From assembly GCA_963676915.2 (NCBI GenBank), contig CAXXVK010000067.1, positions 96,001-160,000 on the forward strand: DNA of 64,000 bases, written 5' to 3'. Under the pieces are notes generated by a model that made no database searches, was not told where the DNA came from, and saw nothing but the letters and a program-made list of their open reading frames with translations. Source of the DNA: Myxococcota bacterium (lineage in GTDB: Bacteria; Myxococcota_A; SURF-8; G963663525). Shown here one piece after another: positions 19,956 through 30,028 of this stretch (position 1 is its first letter; the number at the start of each line of letters is the position of its first letter). The translations under genes and the position numbers were made by a program.

Positions 19956-21926
19956 ATGCCTTCGTTGACTTGGTACAAAGAGCGGTTGTCAATAATGCCG
20001 CTCGAAGAGATTCCATTCAGGATTATTCAACAAGTCCAGAATATTACGGGTCGTATTCGTCGCTGGCCCAAAGCCGAGGATCTCTCGCTGAAGTCGGTTT
20101 GCGGCGGTTCGTTGTCGGCGGTTGCCTTTCGGGAGGCAAAACGTCCGTTTCCCTGCAATTCGGATGCACCTGAAGGGTTTCAGGATCACGCTACTCTACT
20201 GGAAGATGCCGAACAACTGCTAGCCCATCGTTTCAGTTTTCACTCGTTTGTGAACGAGGATCTTGGAAAGGTGTTGAAATGGAATCGGGAATATAGCAAA
20301 GGGATCGATATCCCGTTGCGCTATGGTCCGAGTATCGATTTTCGCGACCCCGAGAAGGTCGGCGATGTGAAATATGCATGGTCGTTGGGTGGTGTAATGC
20401 GCCACCTGCCGAGATTGGCGCAGGCGTATAAAGTCACAGGGGACGAACGATATGCGCGGGAGGTAGTCGAGCAAATTACCTCATGGATCGAACAATGTCC
20501 GAACCGAATGGGAATCCAATGGGCCAGTCCGACGATTGCCGCCAAGCGTCTGATCGGTTGGGTGCTGGTGCTGGAGTGGATCAAGTTTTCTCCCGAATGC
20601 ACCGATCATTTCTTGAATCTGGTGGTTCGAAGCGTATACCAGCATCTAGAATTCGTTGTCAGCAACATGTTGAAACATGGTTCGGTCAACAACCATTTTC
20701 TTGCTGAATTAACAGGTATTTACCTGGCTGCATCCTATTGGAAAGAGATCAAAAAGGCGTCGAAGTGGAAACGGATGGCAAAAAAGATGCTGGTCGAGCA
20801 ATGCCAGCGTCAAAACGCTCCCGATGGTGTCAATTACGAACAATCTCTGAATTACCAGTACTTTGTATGGGACATGTTGTTGCTCCCGGCGCTTTGTGCC
20901 GAATCGGAAGGGCGTCCGTTTCCTGCTGTTTACTTGAAACGTTTGGAAAAAATGGCGGAATACATGGCATGGACCGCCGATTGCCATCACAATATTCCCA
21001 ACGTAGGGGATGAAGATTGTGAAATGGCCTGTTGGATCGGTGACAAAGAAGCTCCCCGACCGATTTCCTTGCTGAACACGGCAGCGCTAATTTGGGATAA
21101 ACCCGAGTACAAACATTGGGCGGGAGGAAGCCTGGACGAGAAAACATCCTGGCGACTTTCCGAAACGCTGGGACAGCGTTATCGTGACCTGGATTGCGGA
21201 GATCGTCTTCCGATTCGTTCCAATCGACTGTTTCCACAGGGTGGATACCTGGTTTTGCGCCACGGTCGATCCTCCGCCGATGAAGTAATGGTGCTGTTCG
21301 ATCATGGTCCCATGGGATATGAAAGAGCATCTGCTCATGGACACTCTGACATGCTGGCCGTTTGCTTGCACTTGGCCGGAGAGCCGTTTTTAATCGATCC
21401 GGGGACATTCAGCTACCAGGAAACGGAATGGCGTCCGTATTTTCGTTCAGCGCTTGTACACAATACGTTGACGTTCGGTGACGAAAATCACTCCAAATAC
21501 ATCAATCGTTTTATCTGGGGGCAAAAAGGGCATGCCCAGTTGGAATTCTTCCAGGATACCGGCTTGTATACGGTGGCTCGGGCGTCGACCCGGTGGTGGA
21601 CGAACGAATTTCATCAGCGGGAGTTGAAGTGGCATCCCAAGGCGGGAACGTTAACGATTTTCGATACGTGGGATTCCGAAAAAACGCCTGAGATTCACTT
21701 TACGTTGTCCCCGGATTTACGAGTGAAATTTGAGGATGGAACGTGCCATGTCGAAGGGAAACAGGCGATTTTGAGCATTGAAAATAACGAATGCGAGATG
21801 GATTTGGAACCGATGCAGGTGTCCCCTACCTGTTACCGTCTGGCCGATAGTCAAAGGCTGGTTATTCGTCCGAATAAAAACGTTCGTTCCACGTTAACCA
21901 CGTTGAAATGGGAGTTTTCCGAGTGA
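19956..21926 (+). CDS. Heparinase II/III family protein
   Basis: NNH, EQSLNYQ, AHGHSDML, DPGTFSY, FRSALVHNT. Confidence 0.88.
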   Translation: MPSLTWYKERLSIMPLEEIPFRIIQQVQNITGRIRRWPKAEDLSLKSVCGGSLSAVAFREAKRPFPCNSDAPEGFQDHATLLEDAEQLLAHRFSFHSFVNEDLGKVLKWNREYSKGIDIPLRYGPSIDFRDPEKVGDVKYAWSLGGVMRHLPRLAQAYKVTGDERYAREVVEQITSWIEQCPNRMGIQWASPTIAAKRLIGWVLVLEWIKFSPECTDHFLNLVVRSVYQHLEFVVSNMLKHGSVNNHFLAELTGIYLAASYWKEIKKASKWKRMAKKMLVEQCQRQNAPDGVNYEQSLNYQYFVWDMLLLPALCAESEGRPFPAVYLKRLEKMAEYMAWTADCHHNIPNVGDEDCEMACWIGDKEAPRPISLLNTAALIWDKPEYKHWAGGSLDEKTSWRLSETLGQRYRDLDCGDRLPIRSNRLFPQGGYLVLRHGRSSADEVMVLFDHGPMGYERASAHGHSDMLAVCLHLAGEPFLIDPGTFSYQETEWRPYFRSALVHNTLTFGDENHSKYINRFIWGQKGHAQLEFFQDTGLYTVARASTRWWTNEFHQRELKWHPKAGTLTIFDTWDSEKTPEIHFTLSPDLRVKFEDGTCHVEGKQAILSIENNECEMDLEPMQVSPTCYRLADSQRLVIRPNKNVRSTLTTLKWEFSE

Positions 21927-21974
21927 AATTGGCGATATATACCATTTCGCTATCATGTATCGAAAACATCTCAC

Positions 21975-22046
21975 GTAGGTCGGGTGATTTTCACCCGACA
22001 ATTTTCGAAAAAGACACTTTGTGTCGGGTGAAATCACCCGACCTGC
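21975..22046. repeat. REP doublet (REPIN-like), family A
   Basis: GTAGGTCGGGTGATTTTCACCCGACA and the inverted copy TGTCGGGTGAAATCACCCGACCTGC; each unit is itself palindromic; lies between convergent genes. Confidence 0.8.
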
Positions 22047-22062
22047 CGCTACTGACAGACCG

Positions 22063-23322
22063 CTAGCTTAGGTTATTCCGTTTCCAGGCGTTCAGTCGTT
22101 TTACAAACGCTTTGTATGCTTCACGTTTGAAGTCCACGATTCCATCGAGAAGCGCTTCCGGCTCCATCCATTGGAGAGACGAGAACTCGTCCGAAGTGGC
22201 ACTGGAGAGGTCCGGGCCGTGTCCTTCACGGTATCGAACCACGAAAACCTCCTGCTCTTGTCCCGCCCAGTGTTGGGCAATAGGCTGATGGCGTAGCCAG
22301 TCCGGGAAACGGTACGAAAAGCCTTCGAAATGAGCCAGAATTTCCACCTCCGCACAACCGGTTTCCTCTTCGAATTCTCTCAACGCGGCGGCTTGAGCAT
22401 TTTCTCCCTCATCGATGCCGCCCTGGGGAAGTTGCCACGCTCCGGGCAGTCCCTTGCGCTCCCCGGCCAGCACCCGACCTTGGTTGTCGAGGGCGGCTAT
22501 AGCCACGTTGCGTCGCAGAGGACGTTCGAGCGGTTCGGTGATTCGGGCGTACAGTTCGGGGCGACGGTCGAAAAACAGGTGGTTGGTTCCAGCCACACGC
22601 TTTTCTCTGGCGCGTTGGATGTCGCATTCAGCCACAAGCAAGGCTTCGTCGTTTTCTCCGGCTTCCTGCAGCACCTCGCCGTTCGGGGAGATGATCCTAC
22701 TCCTACCGATAAAGCGAAAATCGTGATGAGCATGTATTTCCCTTCCGATACGGTTGGCCGTGACGGTATACACACCGTTTTCCAAAGCACGGGTGACCAT
22801 CGCTTCAGGGGCATGGGGCAGAACGAGATTGGACGGATGGGCCAGAATGTCGGCACCCTGTAATCCCAGGCAGCGGGCAGCTTCGGGGAAACGCCAGTCG
22901 AAACAGATCATCAGGCCGACGTTGAACCCGCCGCAATCCACTACGGGCCACGGTTCGGTTCCGCAGTCGAAAACCTGCTTTTCCGTGCCGAAAACGTGAA
23001 TTTTGCGATAAACCGTGCTTTGTCCTTGCGGACCTGCAAGCACAGCGCTGTTATAAATTCTGTCGCCATCCGATTCGGCGAATCCGGCAACGATCCAGCT
23101 ATCGTGACGCTTGGCCAGATCAAGGAACGTTCCAACGGTCGGACCATCCGCAGGCTCGGCCAATTGCGAGAGTTCCGTACGGTTCTCGAAGGCGTATCCT
23201 GTCGTACAAAGTTCAGGAAACACTACGAGATCGCAGGAATCGGGCATCAGAGAGGCGATGCGCTCAAGATTCCGGGGGACATCCCCGAAGACAGGTTGAA
23301 ACTGAACGGCAGCAACGCGCAT
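22063..23322 (-). CDS. Carbon-nitrogen hydrolase (nitrilase family) fused to an RppH/NudH-like Nudix hydrolase
   Basis: Nitrilase triad motifs FPEL, YRKIH, ICFD; C-terminal RNVAI...AWQLPQGGIDEGENAQAAALREFEEETG, GQEQ, IVDFKREAY. Confidence 0.88.
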   Translation of the reverse strand: MRVAAVQFQPVFGDVPRNLERIASLMPDSCDLVVFPELCTTGYAFENRTELSQLAEPADGPTVGTFLDLAKRHDSWIVAGFAESDGDRIYNSAVLAGPQGQSTVYRKIHVFGTEKQVFDCGTEPWPVVDCGGFNVGLMICFDWRFPEAARCLGLQGADILAHPSNLVLPHAPEAMVTRALENGVYTVTANRIGREIHAHHDFRFIGRSRIISPNGEVLQEAGENDEALLVAECDIQRAREKRVAGTNHLFFDRRPELYARITEPLERPLRRNVAIAALDNQGRVLAGERKGLPGAWQLPQGGIDEGENAQAAALREFEEETGCAEVEILAHFEGFSYRFPDWLRHQPIAQHWAGQEQEVFVVRYREGHGPDLSSATSDEFSSLQWMEPEALLDGIVDFKREAYKAFVKRLNAWKRNNLS

Positions 23323-23427
23323 AGCTTATCCTGTTTTGTGAAATTCAGGCACAAATACGCATAGTTCCTCCTGTTTCTCATTGCTTAAAGCAGGAAAACG
23401 GAGAAATTATGCGGAAAGCTTGGAGTC

Positions 23428-26400
23428 TCAATAGATCTCGTCGGAGTCGAATTTCTTCTTCGCTTTCGCCTTTTTCGCTTTTTCTTTGGCTCGTTTGTAG
23501 AACTTGTGGTTTCCGGCCAACTGGAACATCTGAGCGGCGTTGGAAAAGTCCTCGATGAAGTAATACACCAACCCGGCCCGTTCGAAATCCTCGGCAGCCT
23601 TGTATTGCTCGATGGCGGCGCTCATGTTGTTCATTTCGAAGTAATATTGACCCAGAATACGAGCAGCGATAACTTCGTCTCCCATCGCCTCGGCTACGCG
23701 GGCCATACCGATTCGGTTGTCGATACGACGGTGCATAGCCAACGCCTGATCGAACTGCCGGTTGGCCATGTAGATTTCGGCAGCAAGATTGATACATTCT
23801 TCGCTTTCATCGGACATTTCGAATGCCTGGATGGCGTTGAGGTAATCCTTGCCACGGAAGAACGATTCCATTGCTTCTTTCCAGCGGGCGTGCTTGGCGT
23901 GATCGTGCCCCATCAGGATGTTGAAATCGTTGATGTATCCGGACTGGAAAAGGATCTGCGCTGCTTCGACGTAATGCCGTCCCTGAGTCAATTCCCAGGC
24001 GTGTTCGAGCGGATTGAGCAGGCGTTTGGCATACTTGTTGATGTACAGAAAACCGAAAATTCCGATCAATACGAACAAAAACGGAACAGCGATGTAGGCC
24101 TGATTGAACTGGTAGACTTCGAGGAAATCCAAATCTACTTCAGCCTGTGTTTCATACATTGTGTGCTCGTACACGTTATACATGTAGAGTGTCGGTTTGA
24201 GAGTTACAATCCCGTTGGCGCGGTCACGAACTTTCTTCGTGGTAATGATGAAAATGCTGTCGGCAAGTGCTGCCCGAGCCAGGTTCTCGAATTCCTTTTC
24301 CACGAAGGTATCTTGGCTTAAAATAGCTTTTTCCAATTCAGAGCGTGAAATGGGGATTTCGATGATTTCATAGCGACTGGACAGGGCTTGGGAAATCTCC
24401 GTGACGATTCGCTCGGGATCACGTTCCAGATAGGCGAACAGTTTGGAAAGCCATTGTTGCGATGTCGAAAAATACTGGTAGTCGCCGCCAATGACCATGG
24501 CTTTTTGCAGAGGAAGGATCTGATCGGATCCTTTACGACCGATAACCGGCATCGGCATAATAAGATTCTTGTAAACCTCTTCCAAAAGATGGCCTTCCGA
24601 AAGTTCGGGTTCTTTTACATCGCCCTTAATGAGCATCAGCTTGGCTTGACCGTCCCTTTCCAAAGAGGTATCACGCATGGCGCGACCTAGGAGTACGGAT
24701 TCCTCCAGAATACGAATGTCGGCCGGATAGTCTTTGGAGGCTTTTTGCAAGGAAGCTTTGGCTTTTTTATACTTTTTATCTTTTCGATACCATTGAGCCC
24801 GCAGAAGGTTGAATTCCAGATCCAGACCGGGTTGACGCTTCATTCGCTTGATCAGCCGGTGGGCCTGGTTGTAATTTCCCAGATTTGCATTCAACTCTGC
24901 CTCAATCCATTCTTTGTTGCAGCAATTGGGAATTTTTTTCACCCAACTCTGGGCGGCGGCAAGGTTTTTGTTTTGATTGAGGAAAAACCAAGAAACCATC
25001 ATGGGCCAGCTTTTGGTGTGTTTAGGATTATCTAGCGTGGCCTTGGCGACTTTGGCGAATTCGTCCCAGTTTTCCAGATGGAAATAGATTCGCCCGACTT
25101 TTTCCATAATGGTGAAAAGCTTTTCCTTGTAAGTGATCGTCGCGCTCGAAAGGATTTCTTTGAGTTTGTCGGTTTCCTCTAGGGAAAGCAGAGAAATCGG
25201 AACCAAGCGAATCAAGTCGATGTCGAACCAAGTCGCCAGTAGGGGTAATAGAGTTTGTTTCAGGCGAACGAAATGACCGGCTTCAGCCAATGCAACCGCA
25301 TGTTTTTTCGCGGCTTTCAGAGTGTCGATCTGGGCTTTTTCCAGTGGTGAAAGTTTCGGTTTTCGACGCTTCTTCTTTTTGTTTTTCTTCTTTTGGTTCA
25401 AGTCGTCCACGGTTGGATTGGCCAGTCGTTCTTTGATTTCATCTTCGATTTTCTGGTTGACGAACCAGAGTTGACGGGTGCCTTCGATTTCCCACCCGGT
25501 TTTTTTCGAAAGCTGCGTGGCGAGTTTTTGAGCCGTTGTCCAATGTTCTTGCTTGATCTGCAGTTTGAGCATTCCTGAGATACCCCAGGCAGAATGCAGG
25601 GCTTTGTTGAAGTGTTTTTCAGCCTCCATCGTTCGGTTCAGCTTCAATTTTACTTCCCCGAGCAAGGCTTCCCTACGTGCGTATTCGTATTTCTGCGCTT
25701 TGAATTTTCCTTTCATTTCAAGAAAACGCAGAGCTTCACTGTAATTGGCGGTGATGAAATGAATTCTGGCCGTGTCGAAATGGTTTCCCGACTCTTTTTT
25801 CAGCAGTCGAGCGATGGATGGCATTGTTTGGATGTCTTTATAGAATTCTATGTTGTTGTGCCAAATCCATTCCAATTCGTCGATGGCATTGCCATACTTT
25901 TTCTTTTTGATATTCGAGATAAGAAGATCAAATCGTCTAAGTGATTCCGGCAAAAGACTTTTTGAGGGAGGACCATCCATCCATTCGGTTTTCTTGTATT
26001 GATTGAAGGCGGAGAGACCTTTGTGGATGATGGCTTCAAGGCGGTTTCGAATGCCTTGTAAGTCTTTCTCTTTGTATGGAACTTCCCCGTGAAGAACCGC
26101 AACTCCTGTAGCTCCGCTATAAACTCGAACGGTCCAGGTCCAGCCCAGGTAGTGAGCATTGGCCTGAATGAAGATCATAAAATCGCAGTCGATTTTGGTT
26201 TTGATGTCGAAGATTTCAAGCGGAGTGATCGGTTTCTTTTTGATGTCTTTCAGTTTTTCGGAGATTTCTCTGCTGTCTACAAATTCGTATTGATCCGCCA
26301 GACCTTTGCGGTGTTCCATATCCTGGCTTAAAAGGGTTTGCCATGCCTCAATTTCATCTTGATTCAGATGTGGGGCATAAAAGCCTACAATTGCCAGTTT

Positions 26401-26553
26401 CAGCTTTCCTTTGCCATCCGGTAGGGCTTTGATCACGCCTTGCGGTGGAATGTACGACGGACGGTCGGTACTTGCATGAGCGAAGGAAACCGTTCCGAAA
26501 ACGAAAATCCAAGCCACCAGATAAAAATAGCCGAATTGTTTGACTAGCATCAC
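23428..26553 (-). CDS. Large single-pass TPR/alpha-solenoid membrane protein
   Basis: Signal peptide (FAHA|S), many TPR-like helices, TM segment AYIAVPFLFVLIGIFGFLYI, C-terminal helical repeats. Confidence 0.7.
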   Translation of the reverse strand: MMLVKQFGYFYLVAWIFVFGTVSFAHASTDRPSYIPPQGVIKALPDGKGKLKLAIVGFYAPHLNQDEIEAWQTLLSQDMEHRKGLADQYEFVDSREISEKLKDIKKKPITPLEIFDIKTKIDCDFMIFIQANAHYLGWTWTVRVYSGATGVAVLHGEVPYKEKDLQGIRNRLEAIIHKGLSAFNQYKKTEWMDGPPSKSLLPESLRRFDLLISNIKKKKYGNAIDELEWIWHNNIEFYKDIQTMPSIARLLKKESGNHFDTARIHFITANYSEALRFLEMKGKFKAQKYEYARREALLGEVKLKLNRTMEAEKHFNKALHSAWGISGMLKLQIKQEHWTTAQKLATQLSKKTGWEIEGTRQLWFVNQKIEDEIKERLANPTVDDLNQKKKNKKKKRRKPKLSPLEKAQIDTLKAAKKHAVALAEAGHFVRLKQTLLPLLATWFDIDLIRLVPISLLSLEETDKLKEILSSATITYKEKLFTIMEKVGRIYFHLENWDEFAKVAKATLDNPKHTKSWPMMVSWFFLNQNKNLAAAQSWVKKIPNCCNKEWIEAELNANLGNYNQAHRLIKRMKRQPGLDLEFNLLRAQWYRKDKKYKKAKASLQKASKDYPADIRILEESVLLGRAMRDTSLERDGQAKLMLIKGDVKEPELSEGHLLEEVYKNLIMPMPVIGRKGSDQILPLQKAMVIGGDYQYFSTSQQWLSKLFAYLERDPERIVTEISQALSSRYEIIEIPISRSELEKAILSQDTFVEKEFENLARAALADSIFIITTKKVRDRANGIVTLKPTLYMYNVYEHTMYETQAEVDLDFLEVYQFNQAYIAVPFLFVLIGIFGFLYINKYAKRLLNPLEHAWELTQGRHYVEAAQILFQSGYINDFNILMGHDHAKHARWKEAMESFFRGKDYLNAIQAFEMSDESEECINLAAEIYMANRQFDQALAMHRRIDNRIGMARVAEAMGDEVIAARILGQYYFEMNNMSAAIEQYKAAEDFERAGLVYYFIEDFSNAAQMFQLAGNHKFYKRAKEKAKKAKAKKKFDSDEIY

Positions 26554-26636
26554 CCTTCCCGTCTTCCTGCTAGGTCAAGAACCGCAATGCTCCGAATATA
26601 CAGCAGCTTTTCGTCACGTTTCTACGGTTAGCCGCA

Positions 26637-27854
26637 TTATTCCATCAGTTCAAGAAGTTCGTTCAAGCGTTCATTGGCTTTTTCGGCCATTGGAGAATCT
26701 TCTCCCACCAGTTCGATCAACTGCTTGTATTGCTTGATTGCCAAGTCTGGATCGATATTGGAGTTGTAGTTGGCCTGACTGAAAAGGCGCGTCGAATACC
26801 GTCCGAACTTGGACAGCTCTTCTTGGGCATCCTTGTTTTTGGCGTCGATTTCAAGTGCTTTGTTGAATTGATCCCGAGCTTCCAGGTATTTTTGCTGGCG
26901 CACAAGGTCTTTTCCGACGAGCACATGGGCTTTGGCGAATAGAGTCGGGAGTTCCTTTTTGTAATGGCTCTCGTCTTTGATTCCCAACTTGGCGCCTTCG
27001 CGAACGAGGTCTTCTTCGAGGATTTTAAGGTCTTGCAAGCTGTTGATCAGGCCTTTGCCGTCCTCATGCTTGACTTTGTCCTGAACGACCGTGTAGGCCG
27101 AGGAAAAGCGGTTGAGTTGAAGTTCGAGATCGCCGGCCTTCATGTCTGCGCGGCAATCGCAACGCTTGGCTCGGGCGTCACGGATTTTGGACAGGCTGGC
27201 ACTCAGGTCACCGGCTACCCACAGCGAAAACGCTGCTTTGACCTTGGCAATGACTTCATCCGACGAAGCAAGATCTCTTCGAGGGCGGCGAGGAGGAAGG
27301 TCTTCCTCGACCTCTTCCTTTTCTTCATAGACTTCTTCTTTGACGACAACCAGCTTTTCGGGTTTTTCCAACAATTTGGTCGCCCATTCCGTCAACATTT
27401 GCTTGGGTGGTTTCGATGCGGGTTCGAAACGGAAGCGTTTTTGCCGTTTTTTCTCGCCAGCATCGATATTGAAAACGACGAACTTGGCTTCCCATTTGTT
27501 ACCACGTTCGCGAACTTTTCCAGTGATGAACAGGGTATAGCCTTTTTTCAAAAGCCGACGACCGATCAGGCAATCGATATCGGTTCCACAGGCCAGAACT
27601 CTTCGAAGCTGTTTCGTTTTAAACTTCTTTTTGAAGTCGGTGGAATCGTCGACGATGAAGTATTCGTTTTTCTTTATGCTTTTCGAGAATTGCCGGTACA
27701 CCGCATCGGCCTTGTCGTCCCATTGGTCTACGATGTCTTCATCGACGACAAAGGGGAGGAGCAGAACCTTCGGAGGTTTGGCTTGGGCGGTGGATGCGAC
27801 GAAAAGAAAGATGATGACTGCCAGGATAGTTTTCACCGGGTACCGCGTAACCAT
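26637..27854 (-). CDS. Exported protein with C-terminal TPR repeats
   Basis: GGAGG RBS before ATG 27854; signal peptide AQA|K; YLEARDQFNKALEIDAKNKDA TPR. Confidence 0.7.
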   Translation of the reverse strand: MVTRYPVKTILAVIIFLFVASTAQAKPPKVLLLPFVVDEDIVDQWDDKADAVYRQFSKSIKKNEYFIVDDSTDFKKKFKTKQLRRVLACGTDIDCLIGRRLLKKGYTLFITGKVRERGNKWEAKFVVFNIDAGEKKRQKRFRFEPASKPPKQMLTEWATKLLEKPEKLVVVKEEVYEEKEEVEEDLPPRRPRRDLASSDEVIAKVKAAFSLWVAGDLSASLSKIRDARAKRCDCRADMKAGDLELQLNRFSSAYTVVQDKVKHEDGKGLINSLQDLKILEEDLVREGAKLGIKDESHYKKELPTLFAKAHVLVGKDLVRQQKYLEARDQFNKALEIDAKNKDAQEELSKFGRYSTRLFSQANYNSNIDPDLAIKQYKQLIELVGEDSPMAEKANERLNELLELME

Positions 27855-28028
27855 AATTGTTTTACCTCCCATTGGGTCTGTAACAGGGAATATTTGTTGA
27901 AATGATAAAGGTGTCTGCTTCGAACACCAATGCAATTCAAGCGCCTAATTTTACAATTATCCCTTGCCAAGGCAAAAGAAATCAATCTTTTTATCTTTTT
28001 CCCCCGAATTGCCTAATAATTTTCCCCG

Positions 28029-29726
28029 TCAGTACGCTGCGATCAAATAAACGAGAATGCCTTTAAGCTGGCTTTTTGGGTCGCTCGCTCGTTGGACGCC
28101 TATAGCAACGGCCTTGGCTTCCGACTCGACGATTTCTTTCGCCGCTGTCGTCGTTTCCAATTGGCTGGCCTGATAAAGTGTTAGGACATGGAACGTCAAA
28201 CGCCGCCCATCGTAGCCGTTATCTTCGATGGCTGCAAGTACTTCCCCCTGGAATTCCTTGATCATCGTAGGATTTTGCTGAATGTTTTCTGCAGCTTCCT
28301 GCGCAATGGACGTAAGCTCGGTACAATTTTTCAATGGAGAGCGGCCTGTGTGGTCTCTCATCGTATTGAGCGTTGTTAGCAGATCCTTGCGGATGCTGTT
28401 TTGATCCCTTTTGTCGAGGAAAACCGAGAATCCGCAGGAAAGGGCGTAATAATTCTGGTTATTGGTGCCGTTTTTCACCGTGACGGAGCAGCCCATGTGC
28501 GTCAAGTGTTCATTGGTAACGGTTTTGAGGGTTGTCGGGCTGCTTTCTACGCGATGTAGTAGAGCTAACATGGAGTAGTCTCCATCGATAAATCGCATGG
28601 AGGAGAGAGGTTCCAGACCGTTTTGGCGGATTTTTTGCGAAAATTTCAAGCCTTTGCGGTCGGTAAGTGCCGAATAATGGTGCTCCAGCATGTCGGCGGC
28701 GTGTTCTTGGGCGATCTTTTCCAGCACCGGATGTACTGCTACAGGGGCTTTTCGTCGCTCTCCACGGATTTCGTGAATGCTTTCATATAATAGCTTTGTA
28801 CAGCTTGCTGTATCCGTGCAAGGCTCGGTGATCTCTTTGATATCGTATTTCAACGGTGGTTTCGTACGGCTGTACAGCGGGAATTCGGCCACGACCTTTG
28901 TTGCTCCGTTTTTGATTTCAGCAATCTCAAAGCGGTAAACAGCCCGTGCAGAGGGCATTTGGAACTCGGTTTTAAACGCTTTGTTGCGAATAGGAACTTC
29001 GGTTTCTAAAAGCGTTTCACCCAGAAATGTCAGAAAGACCTTTAGTTTGTCTGAATTCGTGGTGGTTGTGCCTTCGAGATAAAACCGGCTTTTCGGATCG
29101 ATCTGCTTGGCAAGTGGTTTCAATTCCAATGTTTGTCGCGTCGCAAGAAGCGTTACGTAACTTAACTTGTTCTGGTTCGGGCTTTTTGTCTCGACGTGAT
29201 ACACGCCCAAACCGAATTTCGTAAGCGCTCCACGCTGGCCAACAACATCTGCCCATTGGGCCAATTGCTGCTTCAGGTCAGCGAAATCCGAATGGTCGAT
29301 TTCATAGGAATAGTGAAGAAACTCCACGTTTGGATCGTAGCCGCCACTCCATTGAAGGGCGAAAGAGACGAAATCCGGTGGTGGTGGTGTTTGATTGAGC
29401 GCCGTGAAGCGGCTGAGTTCCCTTGCCGTTTGAACCAATACACCATCGGATGAAGGTAGGGAGGTGCCTGGAACGATTTTCAACGCTTGTCGCATGAATT
29501 CCGCAAGATAAAGTTCCTCTCCCGTCATTTCGACCGCCTCGACGGTGCTTCCAACGTAGGGTGAAGCGGGAAATGCCATATCCCAGTGCTTTGGTGGTGT
29601 TGGAGGAGGGGCCGGTTTTTCTTCTGTGGGTGTAAGGGGAGCAGGTGTTGGAAGTACTTGAGGCTTGGCGCAACCTGCCAGCACAAGAAAAATCGCGACG
29701 AAATAGAGAAGCTTCAAACGTGACAT
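28029..29726 (-). CDS. Lipoprotein with CAP/SCP-like domain(s)
   Basis: Lipobox LAGC, Pro-rich linker; LEKIAQEHAADM...THMGCSV and a second copy LNTMRDHTGRSPLKNCTELTSIAQEAAE...AIGV. Confidence 0.7.
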   Translation of the reverse strand: MSRLKLLYFVAIFLVLAGCAKPQVLPTPAPLTPTEEKPAPPPTPPKHWDMAFPASPYVGSTVEAVEMTGEELYLAEFMRQALKIVPGTSLPSSDGVLVQTARELSRFTALNQTPPPPDFVSFALQWSGGYDPNVEFLHYSYEIDHSDFADLKQQLAQWADVVGQRGALTKFGLGVYHVETKSPNQNKLSYVTLLATRQTLELKPLAKQIDPKSRFYLEGTTTTNSDKLKVFLTFLGETLLETEVPIRNKAFKTEFQMPSARAVYRFEIAEIKNGATKVVAEFPLYSRTKPPLKYDIKEITEPCTDTASCTKLLYESIHEIRGERRKAPVAVHPVLEKIAQEHAADMLEHHYSALTDRKGLKFSQKIRQNGLEPLSSMRFIDGDYSMLALLHRVESSPTTLKTVTNEHLTHMGCSVTVKNGTNNQNYYALSCGFSVFLDKRDQNSIRKDLLTTLNTMRDHTGRSPLKNCTELTSIAQEAAENIQQNPTMIKEFQGEVLAAIEDNGYDGRRLTFHVLTLYQASQLETTTAAKEIVESEAKAVAIGVQRASDPKSQLKGILVYLIAAY

Positions 29727-30028
29727 GGCGGTCTTTCCCTCGGTAGTGATTGGCACGAAAAGTTCAACTCTAGACCTTTTGGTGCCATCTGGCCCAATAC
29801 AATAACGTTGTCTTCTTGGTTAAAAACTATAGCAAGCTTCGTGTTTCAAGGCAATGTGCCGGGGGACGACAAGGGACAAGAGAGCAACAAAGCGTCGGTT
29901 TTGCCTTGATTTGACGAGGGCTGCTTCCTTTGGAGGTTAAAAAAAAGAAGTATCCTTTATGTTTGATGATTGAGAAGTTGTTGAAATTACAAGCTGATTT
30001 TGTTTTTTTAAAATTTATTAAATTTTCA

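Noticed and set aside
21975-22046. Repeats as a CRISPR array
   Set aside because: The units are inverted doublets, not direct repeats with spacers; no cas genes in the window
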